This document shows positions 16,577-33,120 of a stretch of 64,000 nucleotides of DNA, piece by piece. Source of the DNA: the human T2T-CHM13v2.0 reference genome, Homo sapiens. The position numbers and the translations under genes are program-made. The DNA lies in the NCBI RefSeq assembly GCF_009914755.1, contig NC_060930.1, one strand, 5' to 3'. Below the pieces are notes generated by a model that worked only from the letters and a program-made list of their open reading frames with translations, did not search any database and had not been told where the DNA came from. How positions within the stretch are numbered: position 1 is the stretch's first letter; every line of letters starts with the position of its first letter.

Positions 16577-17087
16577 GTAGGTAGAAAACTCTGATTTGTA
16601 CTGGTGTTCCAGGTTACCAAAACAAAAAAAAAAACAGACATCAAAACCTAAACATGTATTTGGCAAGACGCCTCTTAAATCAAATGCACAAATGTAAAAA
16701 CCAGGCTTGATCTCTGAGACCAAAAGTGAAAGGACAAAGGATGAACCAAATTAGGATGAAAAGAATGATTTTTTTCCAACCTCTTTTTGCTTTGTGTTGT
16801 GGTAGGATCATTTGAGGTCGGGAAAGTTTCTGAAGCTGTCGTGCGACAGGTGGTTACCCAGTGTACAGAAAGCATAGGGGCTGACCTGTAACTGGTCAAA
16901 TAACATCACTGGCATTATTAATCCAGGGTTAGGGAGGCAATGAAAGGACCTGAATAGGAGAGGTTACAGGACCAAACAGAATGTTCATAGATTAAAAAAA
17001 AAAAAAAAAAAAAGGAAGATTTTTATGCCAATTTTTCAAAACCAGGCATTAAAACAGCACTTCTATAACCTGTAATTGGATTAGAAG

Positions 17088-17404
17088 TTTTTTTGTTGTG
17101 TTTATTTTATTTTATTTTTTTTTGAGATGGAATCTCACTCTGTCACCCAGGCTGGAGTGCAATGGTACGATCTTGGCTCACTGCAACCTCCACCTCCTGG
17201 GTTGAAGTGATTCTTCTGCCTCAGCCTCCCGAGTAGCTGGGATTATAGGCGCCCGCCACCACGCCTGGCTATTTTTTGTGTTTTTAGCAGGGATGAGGTT
17301 TCGCCATGTTGGCCAGGCTGGTCTCGAGCTCTTGACCTCAGATGATCCACCCGCCTCAGCCTCCCAACATGCTGGGATTACAGGCGTGAACCACTGCACC
17401 CGGC
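17088..17404 (-). mobile_element. AluS
   Basis: Antisense Alu; TSD tggattaga. Confidence 0.92.
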
Positions 17405-17429
17405 TGGATTAGAGTGTTTTTAAGGTAAA

Positions 17430-17680
17430 ATAAAACAGCACTTCTAAAAATGTTTCATAGAACATTAATTTAATGTTACGTTGAGACATTACTTGAAAAA
17501 AACATGTTAGGCACTCAAATAAATATGGAAATGTTAGACTAAACAAAGTTAAAATATGTTTGCTTTACTGCAGGACTTTTTAGAGCATTTAATCCACATT
17601 GCTGCCTTCTAAAAAGTGGTTGTAATACGTATGTTAATGCTTTACTGGCTTATTTAACCACAGAACCTTTTAAATTTTCC
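17430..17680. mobile_element. hAT-Charlie-like fragment
   Basis: taaacaaagttaaaa...ctttactgcaggactt...agagcatttaat. Confidence 0.5.
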
Positions 17681-18107
17681 TCATGAGGGTTTTAATTGCT
17701 AAATATTAAAAGTTTTCTTCTGAAGGAATAGGTAGACCTGGAGGATTCCTGTGATGCAGGAGATTACTATGATGAAAATGGTGTTTGGGGGATGGTTTTA
17801 GGAGGTGTATAGAAGGTAACCCTGAGGTAGGAGGGAGTGAAAGAAGAGAGATTTTTAGTAATGGACACAGGAAAGCTGGCTACATACTGGGCCAGAGAGA
17901 CATGAACCTGAGAGAACATGAAAGGAGGTCATTGATGAAATTAGGGGATGCTTGGGGTGGGAGGCAAATCTGAGTCCAGTATGTCTCCCAGGTCTGGGTG
18001 GCTGTGAGCACAAATGTGAGCATAATGAATGAACTGGGAAAGCTTAGCTGAAACAATGTGTCAGCACATCAAGTACATACAGACAAGATAAAAAATAAGG
18101 ACAGTTC

Positions 18108-18411
<304 letters not shown>

Positions 18412-18591
18412 TTAAACCTGATGCTTCATAAGCAAGGCAAGTTTATATAGGCTGGGAGGGAGGGTGTAGGGAATAAGAGGCATCAGAGGTGACCCATCTG
18501 GATGTACTAGGTTTGGGGCAGCCCCTGGCCTCCCTCCGATCCAGCTGGGCAGACTTGGCTCGGGGTTGGCTTAAGGATCCCATTCTTCCAG

Positions 18592-18715
18592 GTGTGAAGA
18601 GGCAGGCTGCGGGGGCTTGCTGCGACCTCATGTCGTGTGGTTTGGAGAAAACCTGGATCCTGCCATTCTGGAGGAGGTTGACAGAGAGCTCGCCCACTGT
18701 GATTTATGTCTAGTG
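18592..18715 (+). CDS. SIRT5: SIRT5 coding exon 6 (second Zn-ligand pair, RPHVVWFGE)
   Basis: tccag|gtgtg ... agtg|gtgggt; [42 protein letters not shown]; 124 nt. Confidence 0.97.
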
Positions 18716-19154
18716 GTGGGTCATGCCCTTCCCTAACCCCAGGACAGGACTGGAGTTTGTTATTTTTTCCTTCCCCCTCTCCTCTTTTCCTTCCTCCCTC
18801 CCTTGCTTCTTTCCTTCCCGCCTTCTCTCCTCCCTCCATTTCTTCCTTTCCTTCAAATGTATGTTGAGAGGTCTTTGTGGTATCCTATAGAAAAACTGAG
18901 AAACAATGAATAAGAATTTGTATTAAAATAGGAAACCATGCATGTCTTGGGCATCTCAAAGCCTCCTCCCCCAGCCCCACCAAAAACAAAGAAAAGAACA
19001 TGCTATTGGTTTTTTAAATAATACATGCTTATGATTAAATTTAATTGAGAACATGCAAAAATTATCACATTATAAAGAGGAAATTAGAAATCGCCCATAG
19101 TTCTGCTATCCAGAAATAGTTACCGTTAGCAGTTTAGTATGTTTTCTTCTAGAC

Positions 19155-19382
19155 CCAGGAGTGAGCAAACAGCAGCCTTTGGGCCACATTGGGCCTGCTA
19201 CCTGTTTTTGGAAATAAAGTTTTATTGGAACTCAGCCACACTCATTCTTCCACACACTGTCTATGACTACTTTCAAACTACAAGTGGCAGAGTTGAGTAC
19301 TTGTGACAGAGATTGAATGGCCTGCAAAGCCTGAAAAATTTACTGTATGGTCATTTTCAGAATAAGTTTGCCCACCTCTGGT
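19155..19382. mobile_element. MER58-like hAT MITE
   Basis: gcaaac...gggcca...aataaagttttattggaac...gcctgcaaagcctgaaaa. Confidence 0.75.
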
Positions 19383-20393
19383 CTAAACCTTTTCTTATGC
19401 AGATGTACACGTATTAATTAAAATTCAAAACTGAGTTCATGACATATGTTCTGTTTTGAAACTACTTTGTTCACGCAGCAGTTCACTTAGCATGTTCCAT
19501 ATCAATATGTCTAAATCAATATCATCTTTCAATTGACTGTATGGTGTTATATATGGATAAGGAATGATATATTTAGCTAATTCTCTACTGTAAGACATTT
19601 GGGCTATTTCAAATTTTGATAGTTTAATCAATGATATCGTGAATATCCTTAGATAGAAATCTTAGCATGCTCTTCAAATGATTTCCTTAGGACACATTTC
19701 CTAAAAGTGGGATTCATTGGACAGATTGTATGCGTATTTCAAATTTTTCTTGACACGTCTTTAAAAGCAGAGGCACTTTCTTGTGGTGCGTATTCATTCA
19801 GCCAGTATTTAAAGAATGCTTCCCAGTGTTGAGTATAGTGCCACTGTTGATGATGGATTGTTAAATGAGAAAAGCCGGTTTACAAAACAGGTCATGCTCT
19901 TCCCATCCCTGTAAAGAATGTTTATAAGCAAATATTTATAAGAGAAAACCTAAGAGGACATACATGAAAATGTTAACAGTGGTTATCTTGCGGTAAGATT
20001 ATGGATGATATGTATGTTTTTTTCTTCGTATTTTCTACCTTAAACAAAAAGATAGAAAATATGTTTTAAAAAGTTATGGATCATTTGTTTAACTTTAAAA
20101 AGCAGAAACAAAACCAGAATTAACCCCAAAACATGTTGATTGAGTCACTTCTATGTCACTCTTTGCATAACTCTCCTTTTCATGTCACATATTCTTCTCG
20201 ATTCTAGTGATTGATCAAAGGACACCTCTTCACTTTCCCTTGTCCCTTGGACACCCTGTTTTATCCCATCCTGTTTGGCTTTTCTCACACCTGCAACCAC
20301 AGACCTGCCTGAGTTTGTGTAAGGTTTTCTGAAATAATGTTCCTTCTCCTTGTCGTCTGGCTGTTTGTTCATCTCCGTGTACTTGCCTTGTAG

Positions 20394-20509
20394 GTGGGCA
20401 CTTCCTCTGTGGTGTACCCAGCAGCCATGTTTGCCCCCCAGGTGGCTGCCAGGGGCGTGCCAGTGGCTGAATTTAACACGGAGACCACCCCAGCTACGAA
20501 CAGATTCAG
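20394..20509 (+). CDS. SIRT5: SIRT5 coding exon 7 (GTS motif)
   Basis: tgtag|gtgggc ... tcag|gtactg; [38 protein letters not shown]; 116 nt. Confidence 0.97.
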
Positions 20510-21222
20510 GTACTGGGATACCCTGATGGGAGAGGGAGATGTGGGAGGCAGGTACAGACATGGTCATCTAAACATAGTTGACCTACTCCTCTAATTTTTA
20601 AAAAAGACATAGGGTTTGTGTTTTTTTGTTTGATCTGCAGTTGCTTTTATGGAAGAACAAAATCATTCACTGTAGACTAAGGTAGGGTAGCTCTGTCATT
20701 GTATGCGAAATTTGCCGTGGGACTTTTGTTTGTTCACATTTTGAACGCTCTTCTTGGATTCCTTAGGCTTTGCTTTCCCTTACATTTTTAAGCTAGACTT
20801 AGTGATGACCTGTAGTTGTAGGTTACCCAAATGCTCCGCAAGTAAGCCTGGGAGACGCCCTTGCAGAACCTCATCACCTGCCGTTCTTACTGGGAGGCCA
20901 CCTGGCAGATACCCCTTTGGTCTAATCGCCAAGGTTATTTGTATCTGTGGCCATATTATGACACTGATCCTGCTTCCCAAGTTTGGGTGGGAAGTGTAGA
21001 TTGTCATAGTATGCATTTTTAGTCTTATTCCTGGGTCTGTTTTATTTCTTCATCCATGTTCTGTCTTTTTTCTCACCCCAACTTTTTTTTGCTTTTACCT
21101 CTAATTCTTGTCCATCTAGTTAATTCCTTTTGAATAAGTTAGAATATAAATAAGTAGTAAATTAATATAAATGAATAAAATAGAAAACTTCATTGAACCA
21201 TCTTGTCATTACTTTAATCAAC

Positions 21223-21377
21223 AGTTTCCAACCTTGGCTGCATATTTTAAAAATACTGATGCCTGGGTGCCACCTCATGAAATTTCGATGTCATTGCTCT
21301 GAGTTGCAGCCCAGACATCATCATTTTGATAAGCTTCCTAGGTGATTCCTGTGTGCAGCCAGGATAGGAACCACTCT
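21223..21377. mobile_element. MER5-like hAT MITE
   Basis: aatactgatgcctggg...aggtgattcctgtgtgcagccagg...gaaccact. Confidence 0.6.
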
Positions 21378-21906
21378 TCTAAGTCTTTGCTGGGATTTAA
21401 AAAAAAAAAAGAAAAAAGAAAGAAAAGGGGCCACAGACACTTCAGTAGGCCCCTCCTCAAGTGAGTGAACTGGCTCTGAGCCTCTTCTTTTCCATGTGTC
21501 TTTTTGATCAGCTACAGCCTGTGTTCTTGATCCATAGTTCTTCATCTGTGTGTGAGTAGTAGGAACTAAGAAGATAGCCTTAAAAAAAAATTGCCTCCTA
21601 TGCAAAACTTATACTCTGAAAACTACAGAACATTATTGAAAGAAATAAGGAAGGCCTAAATGAATGGAAACATATCCAGTGTTCATGGATTGGACAACTT
21701 AATATGATTAAGATGGCAATGCTCCCCAAATTGATCTATGGGCTCAATCAACTCAGTCCCTATCAAAATCACAACTGGCTTTTGACAGCAATTAATTGAA
21801 AAGATTAATCTAAAATTCATATGAAAATGCAAGGGACCCAAAATAGCCAAAACAAAATGAAAAATGAAGTTGGAGAACTCATACTTCCCAATTTCAAAAC
21901 TTACTA

Positions 21907-22263
<357 letters not shown>

Positions 22264-22555
22264 TCAAGAAATAGTGCTGGATACCCACATGCAAAAGAAT
22301 AAGCTTGGACCCCTCTGTCACACCATTACAAAAAATAACCCAAAATGGATCATAGACCTAAATGTAAGAGCTAAAAGTATAAAATGTCAAAAGAAAATGT
22401 AGGAGTAAATCTTTGTAACCTTGGGTTAAAGCTTTCTTAGATATGACACCAAAAGAGCAAGTAACATAAGAAAAATGGATAAATTGGACTTTATCAAAAT
22501 TTAAAACTTCTGTATTCCAATGGGTACCATCGATTAAGTAAAAAGACAACCCACA

Positions 22556-23127
<572 letters not shown>

Positions 23128-24035
23128 TCACAAGTGTTGGTGAGGAAATTGGAACCCTCATACATGGCTGATGAGAATGTACAATGGCGCAGTCATTTTA
23201 GAAAACAATGTGGCATTTAAATATAGGGTTACTATATGATCTAGCAATTCTACTCCTTGGTATATAGTCCTAGAAATGAAATCATACATCTACACAAAAA
23301 TCTGTACACAAATGTTCATAGCAACTTGTTAATGGAAAAAGTAGAAACAACCCAAACGTCCATCGACTGAAGGATGAATAAATAAAATTTGGTATGTTTG
23401 TACAATGGACTATATTTTAGCCATAAAAAGAACGAGATATCCATACATGCTACTACATGGATGACCCTTGAAAACGTTATGCTAAGTGAAAGAAGCCAGT
23501 CATAAAAGACCATATATGGTATGACTTCATTTATACGAAATATCTAGAATAGGCAGATCAATAGAGAGAAGGTAGATGAGTGGTTGTTTTGGCTGGGAGT
23601 AGGGAGGAATTGGGAGTGGGTGCTAATGAGAACAAGTTTCTTTGAGGTTGTTAAAAATGCTCTAAAGTTGATTGTGGTGATGGTTGTATAATTCTGTGAA
23701 TACACTAAAAGCCACTGAATTATATATTTGAAATAGGTGGATTGTATGTGAATCAAATCTCAATAAAGCTGTTAGATAAAAAGTTAAATGATCTTCTAAC
23801 TTATCTCCTGAAAAATGCACATTGAGCCTCCGTCTGATTTGTGTTGTGGCACCTATGTGGAGCAGCTGGGCCACTTAGCATGACTAAGCGTAGTAATACC
23901 GGAGCTAGGCAGCTCAAGCCTCCTGTCTGTTTGAAAGACCATCAGAAAACTCGAAGAGTGGGACAGGATAAACTTTGTGAAGCAGGACCTGAGCTATGTC
24001 CCCAGTTTGGTTCTTCTAATGTGGTTTCTTTTCAG

Positions 24036-24078
24036 TCATTTGATCTCCATCTCATCTCTAATTATTATAAAGAATTAA
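24036..24078 (+). CDS. SIRT5: SIRT5 alternative last coding exon (299-aa isoform, C-terminus SHLISISSLIIIKN)
   Basis: tttcttttcag|tcatttg; in frame with exon 7, total 900 nt; peptide recognised as the SIRT5 isoform-2 tail. Confidence 0.9.
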
Positions 24079-24727
24079 AACAAGTCATCATTGTAGAAAA
24101 GCAAGAAAATGCAGATAGAGAAAAAGAAGAAAATAAAACTGGAGTATTTCCACAACCCAAGTTTAGAGTTGGCCCCCACCTCCCATGCCATGGACTGAGC
24201 AGCAGGGGCCCAGCATCCCTTGGATATGGTGGCTGTGTCTTCATGTGAAAGAAACTGAACTTGGTGGTTTTTCCTGCCAGTTCAGGAGAGATTCTTGGCA
24301 TGTAATATATATCACTGCTCAAGTCAAGCCTCCTAAAACCACAGACCTGTTTCAGCTGCTACTTCAGCCAAAATTCTTCAGCTTCATATTGTCTTGAAAA
24401 CCTATGATTGTCTCTAACAAACAGGCTACTTGCTAGTTAGAAATTCTTATCAATTTGGCAAGCTACTTATCAACCAGACTGACCACAAGAACTGTCATCT
24501 CATCAATGAAGGAGTAACTGATCAATGAAGCCAGCAATGCTTTTTTCTTGGCATCATCAAAGCTGACATTTAGAAGAGATGCTGGTGATAGTCATCTCAT
24601 CCTACTCAATTTTTCAAAGGCAGAAACCAACCCTGGAGCAATTGAGAGGACTGTTTAAACACAGAGCTTAACAATGGCAGAATTGTATATCTCGTGCTTA
24701 ACAGATTTTGGTTGAACTTTACCCTAG

Positions 24728-24952
24728 GTCAGGGGTCAGCAAACTACTGCCTGTGGGCCAAATTTGCCCACCACCTGTATCTGTAAATAAGGTTTCATTG
24801 GAACACAGCTGTGGCCATATGTTTGTATATTGTGTGTGGCTGCTTTTGCATTAGGATGACAGAGGTGAATAGTTGCAACAGAGACTGGCTGGTCTGCAAA
24901 GCCTAAAATATGTCCTGTGTGGCCCTTTACAGAAAAAGTTTTCTAACCCCTG
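24728..24952. mobile_element. MER58-like hAT MITE
   Basis: caggggtcagcaaacta...acccctg terminal inverted repeats. Confidence 0.8.
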
Positions 24953-25270
24953 CTCTAGGTTACGGAGAAAAAAAAAATGGAATAATGTTCTCTGCTACTT
25001 TTAACCTGATTTTCTTTGTTACCTAAATAGGCAGCTAGAATGCTGCCTATATTTTAATAAGGATTTGGATCTCACAAGACACCTTAGGCCTTACACAAGT
25101 TGTTCAGATTCTTTGCCCCAGTTCTAATCTAGTGACAAAGGCATAGAATTCTCCTCCCACAGGAATGTATTTCTATTTTCAAGGTGTTAATTAGTTCCAG
25201 TTTTGGTTTTGTCGTTTTCCCCATGTCCGATGCTTATATTGGATGATTTCTGATAAACCCTGACTATTCC

Positions 25271-25276
25271 AATAAA
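25271..25276 (+). terminator. Candidate poly(A) signal for the alternative SIRT5 last exon
   Basis: AATAAA followed by T/GT-rich sequence; another AATAAA at 24132. Confidence 0.4.
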
Positions 25277-26205
25277 CCCTAGGCATTTTTGAATTTAAAC
25301 CTCAGTGTTTTGACTGTTACTCAACCCCAGGGGGCCTTGGCTTGTAGGATTTGTACATTCGCTGAGGCAAAAATGGGACTGTCGCTGCAGGGAGCTGGTG
25401 GCCAGGGCCTTCAAAGCACCTTTGGCCCACTGTGCCCTGCAGCCACTATGTTGTGCCCTGTTGATCTTTAAATTTCTCTAAATGTTGGAATTTAATTAAA
25501 GTCCACAAATATTTGTAAGTATCCACTATGTATCAGACACTTTTCTAAGTGCTTAAGATAGGATATATCAGTAAACAAAACAAATATCTACCAAGGAAAG
25601 ATTATATTCTAGTGGTTGAGGCAGACAGGTAAGCAGTGAACATAAGGTACACATTCTACAGCACGTGAGCAGGTGCTAAGAGACTGCACAAAGTAAAGAT
25701 GCACAAACCTCATTAAGAAGAGATTGGAGCAAAGACTTGAAGGAGGTGAAGGAGGCAGCCGAAGACATAATCTGGGATAAGAGCTTTTCAGACACTGGGA
25801 CCACCTGGAGCAGAGGCCCCTCAGTGTGGCTGGAGTGGAGTGAGGAAGTCCCAGGAGAGGCGAGCAGTAAAGTAATGGAGTTGGGGGCTCTGGGGAGGGA
25901 AGACACCCAAGCTACCTGCTGTTGGAGTTTAGAAGTCTAAGGAATTGTTAGGTAGAAGAGTTTTATAGATTGTTGTGGTTATATAGTTACCTATCTAGGG
26001 TGTGAAGAGGTCACTGCTTTGAAGCGATAGTTGACCGTGTGTGTTAGGGAAGTCCAGCGCTCTCCCTGGCTGTGCTGTCAAGGGCGGGTAGGGAAGCCCT
26101 CCTAGTCCATGCAGTCAGGGCTTAGTTGGTCTGTTCATTCAAAAAGCCACTGAAAACAAGACTAATAGAAAAGGACACATACATACTTTAAACATTTTGA
26201 TATAA

Positions 26206-26692
<487 letters not shown>

Positions 26693-27283
26693 TAAAACAA
26701 AACAGACAACCAGGAAAATCAGATCCCAAGGCCCCCACCTAGACTTCCTGAATCAGAATTTCTAGGGGGAAGATGCCTGTTTATCTGTGTAGTTAGCAAA
26801 TGACCCAGGTAATTCTTACCAAGAAACCTTGGCAAACACTGGATTACAACTTCTGGTTTTTGATATTTGTCTGTTTTTTTTTTTTCTTTTAAAGGAGAGC
26901 AAGAACTTAGGAAAAGAAACATGTGAAGCAGTCTTCCCCCATCTTTTACACCTACACCTAATTTAACCAAATTATATTTAGTGACTCAGTATGTCTTTCC
27001 CAAGCATTCAACTAGTTTTCCTAGAAATAACTCTCTTAACAGCTCTATTTTTGCAGTTTATTACGTAATTTTAAATGCAGCAGGATGATTACATTAACCA
27101 ATGCAAGTGGCGTGAGCAGATGTGCAGCTAACACTGTAGTCGTGGTTGTCCTACAACTGGTGGGGGCCAGCAGAGTGCACAGGTGTGCTAGAAAGAGGCT
27201 TTCAAACACTGTTCATGTTTGCCTTTCCCATTTTAAAAGTTGACATCTAAGGTTTTTTAAATCAAATATAGTTGGAGATGTGA

Positions 27284-27620
<337 letters not shown>

Positions 27621-27844
27621 GAAACACTGACATTTTAAAATAAAAACTACCATATCATTGTTTAAAATGTATCCAGTCCAATCTGAATGTTATAACTATC
27701 TGGTACATACCACCATCCATTTACAAAATAAATATACAAGCCCTTCCTTAACAATTGGAAACTTTGCATTTTTTCTTTTCTCTTTGAACTTGTATTTCCA
27801 TTCTATCACTACTACAGAATTTATACTAATGTAATATATTTTTA

Positions 27845-28192
<348 letters not shown>

Positions 28193-28381
28193 CTATTATA
28201 CTTCTACAGCAAAATATCATATGAATTATTTAATTTTTTCAATTTCCTTAAAATGTTAAAAAATGCTTTACTAAAACATCTTCTAGATAGAATTATCACT
28301 AATCTGCAGTGCATAATTGTAAAAACAAAAAATACATATAAATGTAGATTAATAATTCCAAACAAGTAAAATTTTATTGGA

Positions 28382-28680
28382 TTTTTTTTTTTTTCTTTGA
28401 GATGGAGTTTTGCTCTTGTTGCTCAGGCTGGAGTGCAGGGTGCAGTCTCAGCTCACTGCAACCTCTGCCTCCCGGATTCAAGCGATTCTTCTGCCTCAGC
28501 CTCCTGAGTAGTTGGGATCACAGGTGCCTGCCACCACGACCAGCTAATTTTTGTATTTTTAGTAGAGACAGGGTTTCACCATGTTGGCCAGGCTGGTCTC
28601 AAACTCCTGACCTCAAGTGATTTGCCCACCTCGGTCTCCCAAAGTGCTGGAATTACAGGCGTGAGCCACTGCTCCTGGCC
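28382..28680 (-). mobile_element. AluS
   Basis: Antisense Alu consensus. Confidence 0.9.
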
Positions 28681-28824
28681 TGGAAATATATCCTTAATAG
28701 ATGAATGGGGCATAAACTTTTAATTGGTCCATGTTTCTATGGCTGAGTGTTACCTATTGTTGGAAGGAGACAGTTCCTCCTGTTCTAACCCAATCCTCCT
28801 GTAGTCACCATAAACAAACCGGTA

Positions 28825-29450
28825 TTCTGTCAAGATCAGGTTTATTGATTTAATGCAATGAGGGAGACCGGACCCCCGTAGAACTGAGAAGTGTTTCCCA
28901 ATAAGGGAAAGGTGGAGTTATTAAAGCAATTGGGGGGAGGGTGAAGTTTAAGTGAAATTTGAATGAAGTAGTTTTTGATAGACTCAAGCAACTAGCAGGG
29001 CTGTACAATGTAAAGGGGTCAACATCATGTCTGGCTGGCAAAGTAGGCCAGGGTCCCACTTCCCCAGAAACTATAATACCAAGTTTAGATCAACGTGGAA
29101 TGTTGTGTCCAGAAATCCCTTATCTGAAGCTCTGCACCTGGGTTGGAAATCCAGGCTGCTTCTCAGTATCAAAGTGACTTAGATCCTCAAGGCTAGAGGA
29201 ATATTTCATTCTTTACTGCTATAATTTCAAATAGCAATGTTTCCAATAGTTTATAATATTAAGGAACAAAATCCAAAAGCAGTAGTCACTCAAAGAATGG
29301 AATTAAGACATTTTGCAGCTTGTCCTAGGGGAAAATATATTGTTTCCTATTAACTTGGCAGCTGGCTTTACCCGTGTCTTTTATTCTGATCCAAAGAATC
29401 GCTGGGCAGATTTTGACCTGCCAAGCTAAATTTTACTTTTTCAATGTCAA
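28825..29450 (-). mobile_element. LTR-like element
   Basis: tttatt near 28841 followed by LTR-like composition; family not determined. Confidence 0.3.
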
Positions 29451-29509
29451 TTGTAATCTTCAGTGTTGTTTTTTATAGATGTAAGTACTGAAAGACCTGG
29501 GCCACCTAA

Positions 29510-29830
<321 letters not shown>

Positions 29831-30754
29831 TGAAAGAAATTTTGGTATAGCCTTGCCACTCCAATTTTGGACCACCTTCCAAGTTGTATGCCAAAATACA
29901 CAGAGTAATTTTGTATCATACTTAGCGATCTATTCACTGAAAATCCTTTCCGACCCTCTTTCAACTTTATTGAAAGCAAGAATGAAACCAGCCTACTTAC
30001 ATATGAAGGTGTCAGATCTACACCAGTATTCCAGACGTCCCTCTATTTGGTACTCCATATGTTTCACACTCCCTCTATTTCACACTCGGGGATGAGGTAT
30101 CATTGTAAAATTTGGGATGGGTGAGGGGTCCAGCTTGCTTTTGTAAGGCGGAAGAAGGCTGAATGTGGAAAGGGGCACTTGAAATCACTTAAGAAAGAGA
30201 AGAGGTGGAAATTGAGGATCTGGGAATTCCCTACACGCTCCCCATGGCTGGCAGTAATTCCTGGATAACCACATACTGGCCTGGAACTTTCTGGAAGTCA
30301 GTGCTCAGCACGTGGCAGGGGGCAGACGGACTGGAGATGCCGTGTAGTCTGGGCTGTCCATTAAGTGGCACTCTGTTGATAGAACAAAGCATTTGAGGGA
30401 TAAGGCAGTCACTATTTGTATTGTATCAAGAATAAATAATATAAATGAGTTGCACTGAGGAAATGCCTTTTCTATTTTTAATTGTGCTCAACTGGTTTTC
30501 TTTTAATAATGCATGAGGAAGTCCTGCTTTTGCTTCTTATTCATAGTTTTTTTAAACAAAAGTCCATGATTTTTCTTCTTTTTTCTCCTTCCTCTTTCTC
30601 TTTTTTCTAACTACACCTCAGAAGCTAGTCAGAAAGTTCAACAGGTGGTTTGAGAGGCTCGTTGACTTAGCTGAGATCCTAGTGGTCAGATAGTGCATGG
30701 GTATTTTTTTCTCTTGTTCTCAGTACTACCTGTGAATGCTGCTGTAATGTTTTA

Positions 30755-30806
<52 letters not shown>

Positions 30807-30960
30807 CACACACACATATATATACACACACATATATACACAAAAAAGTATGTATTGTGTCTATATATAACATGCCAAACATACGTGTTATATAGATACA
30901 CATAAAACATATATATGTATATAAAATACATATATAACACACATACATGTATATTTTATA
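30755..30960. repeat. Compound (TG)n(TA)n(CA)n microsatellite
   Basis: Read directly. Confidence 0.95.
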
Positions 30961-31346
30961 CTTACAATTTCAATGAGTTTGGCAGTACAGTCCCAAAATA
31001 CACTTTACTTGCATAGGTTCTCAGGATTTGAAAAAAACAAACAGAATACACTTTGTAATCATGTCTCTTACACTTTGAAATAAAATTCTTCTTTATGGCA
31101 CATAAATTCTAGACATTTGCTTCTCAAAATTCCCCCAGTCACAGAGCCCAGCCCATAGTGAAGTGTTATAACTAGAGTTGTTAGAAGCTAGTTGAAAGAA
31201 GTGGGCATGGAAATTCATAATACCATCTTTATGAGAATTTGGGTTTTACTTCGGCTATTACTTCAGAAATAAGTGCTTGCTGAAGTAGGGCATTCATTTT
31301 GCTAACCTGTAGTTCAAAACTGCTGTATTTGCTTCTTCTCTTTCAG

Positions 31347-31422
31347 GTTTCATTTCCAGGGACCCTGTGGAACGACTCTTCCTGAAGCCCTTGCCTGTCA
31401 TGAAAATGAAACTGTTTCTTAA
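31347..31422 (+). CDS. SIRT5: SIRT5 canonical last coding exon
   Basis: tttcag|gtttc; [25 protein letters not shown]; summed CDS 933 nt = 310 aa. Confidence 0.97.
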
Positions 31423-31819
31423 GTGTCCTGGGGAAGAAAGAAATTACAGTATATCTAAGAACTAGGCCACACGCAGAGGAGAAATGGTCTTATGGGTGGT
31501 GAGCTGAGTACTGAACAATCTAAAAATAGCCTCTGATTCCCTCGCTGGAATCCAACCTGTTGATAAGTGATGGGGGTTTAGAAGTAGCAAAGAGCACCCA
31601 CATTCAAAAGTCACAGAACTGGAAAGTTAATTCATATTATTTGGTTTGAACTGAAACGTGAGGTATCTTTGATGTGTATGGTTGGTTATTGGGAGGGAAA
31701 AATTTTGTAAATTAGATTGTCTAAAAAAAATAGTTATTCTGATTATATTTTTGTTATCTGGGCAAAGTAGAAGTCAAGGGGTAAAAACCCTACTATTCTG
31801 ATTTTTGCACAAGTTTTAG

Positions 31820-32326
<507 letters not shown>

Positions 32327-32329
32327 TGA

Positions 32330-33120
32330 TGCAAATATGTGGACCCCCAGGATAAACACAGCTGCCCAAAATTTAGCTCTGGCCCCCTTAGATGGGGGAA
32401 GTCAACAGTGAAGTGTTTCTCAGCATCATAAAGGCAGAAGCTGTGGTTCCTGTGGGGCCTGCCAACCGTTCCCAGATGCTGAACTCTGCTGGGAGTTTTT
32501 TCCATGGGACTTTAAAAAATGATGCCCTTAGGTTGGGCCAGACCTCTGTTAACTTCAGTAGGGATGGCACCAGGTTCAAGAGGCCAAAGAAGAGACCTGG
32601 AGCTAGTGAAGGAAACATAGGGTTTATTTGGGGAATCTTACAGGGTGGTCCAGTGGCCGCGGGCTGGACAGAACTGCAACCACTTATAAAAAGCATGCAG
32701 TTTACATAGCACTTTCACTCAGCACCCTCCCCTCAGCAGCCTCCACGTGGCAACCCTCACTTCTTAAGTTATTGCTGTCAGATGCATCTGCCATACAGGG
32801 TCATTCTCAGGGGATGCTTAAGTTATTTCTGTCAGGTACATCTTCCATACACTTTACTACCTTGGAGTAAAGTAGTAAGAATACAGCTTTTTCCTTAACC
32901 TTTACCAGCTAACTCAGTGCTTAGGGGCCTTGGAATGCCTGCTGTCCAGCAGGTGTCACAGGCCTGACTGGGAGGCATGGCCATTATCAACAGTGTATGA
33001 AGGTCACATATGGCTCCCTGAAGTGATTACATACTTGGACCACATCACCTCAGCCCCTTGCAAAATTGCATTTAATGTTACACCCTTGGCTTTTGTAGAA
33101 ACAGGCAGCAAGACACTATC
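32330..33120 (-). mobile_element. LTR-like element
   Basis: ggcaccaggttcaagaggcc...gggtttatt (minus AATAAA at 32623), typical of a solo LTR; family not determined. Confidence 0.5.

Noticed and set aside
20510-20594. Read-through C-terminus from SIRT5 exon 7 into the intron
   Set aside because: Short open frames past a donor are expected by chance; no other support.
23841-24248. 135-aa ORF overlapping the alternative SIRT5 exon
   Set aside because: Different frame from the spliced product, non-ATG start, no recognisable homology.
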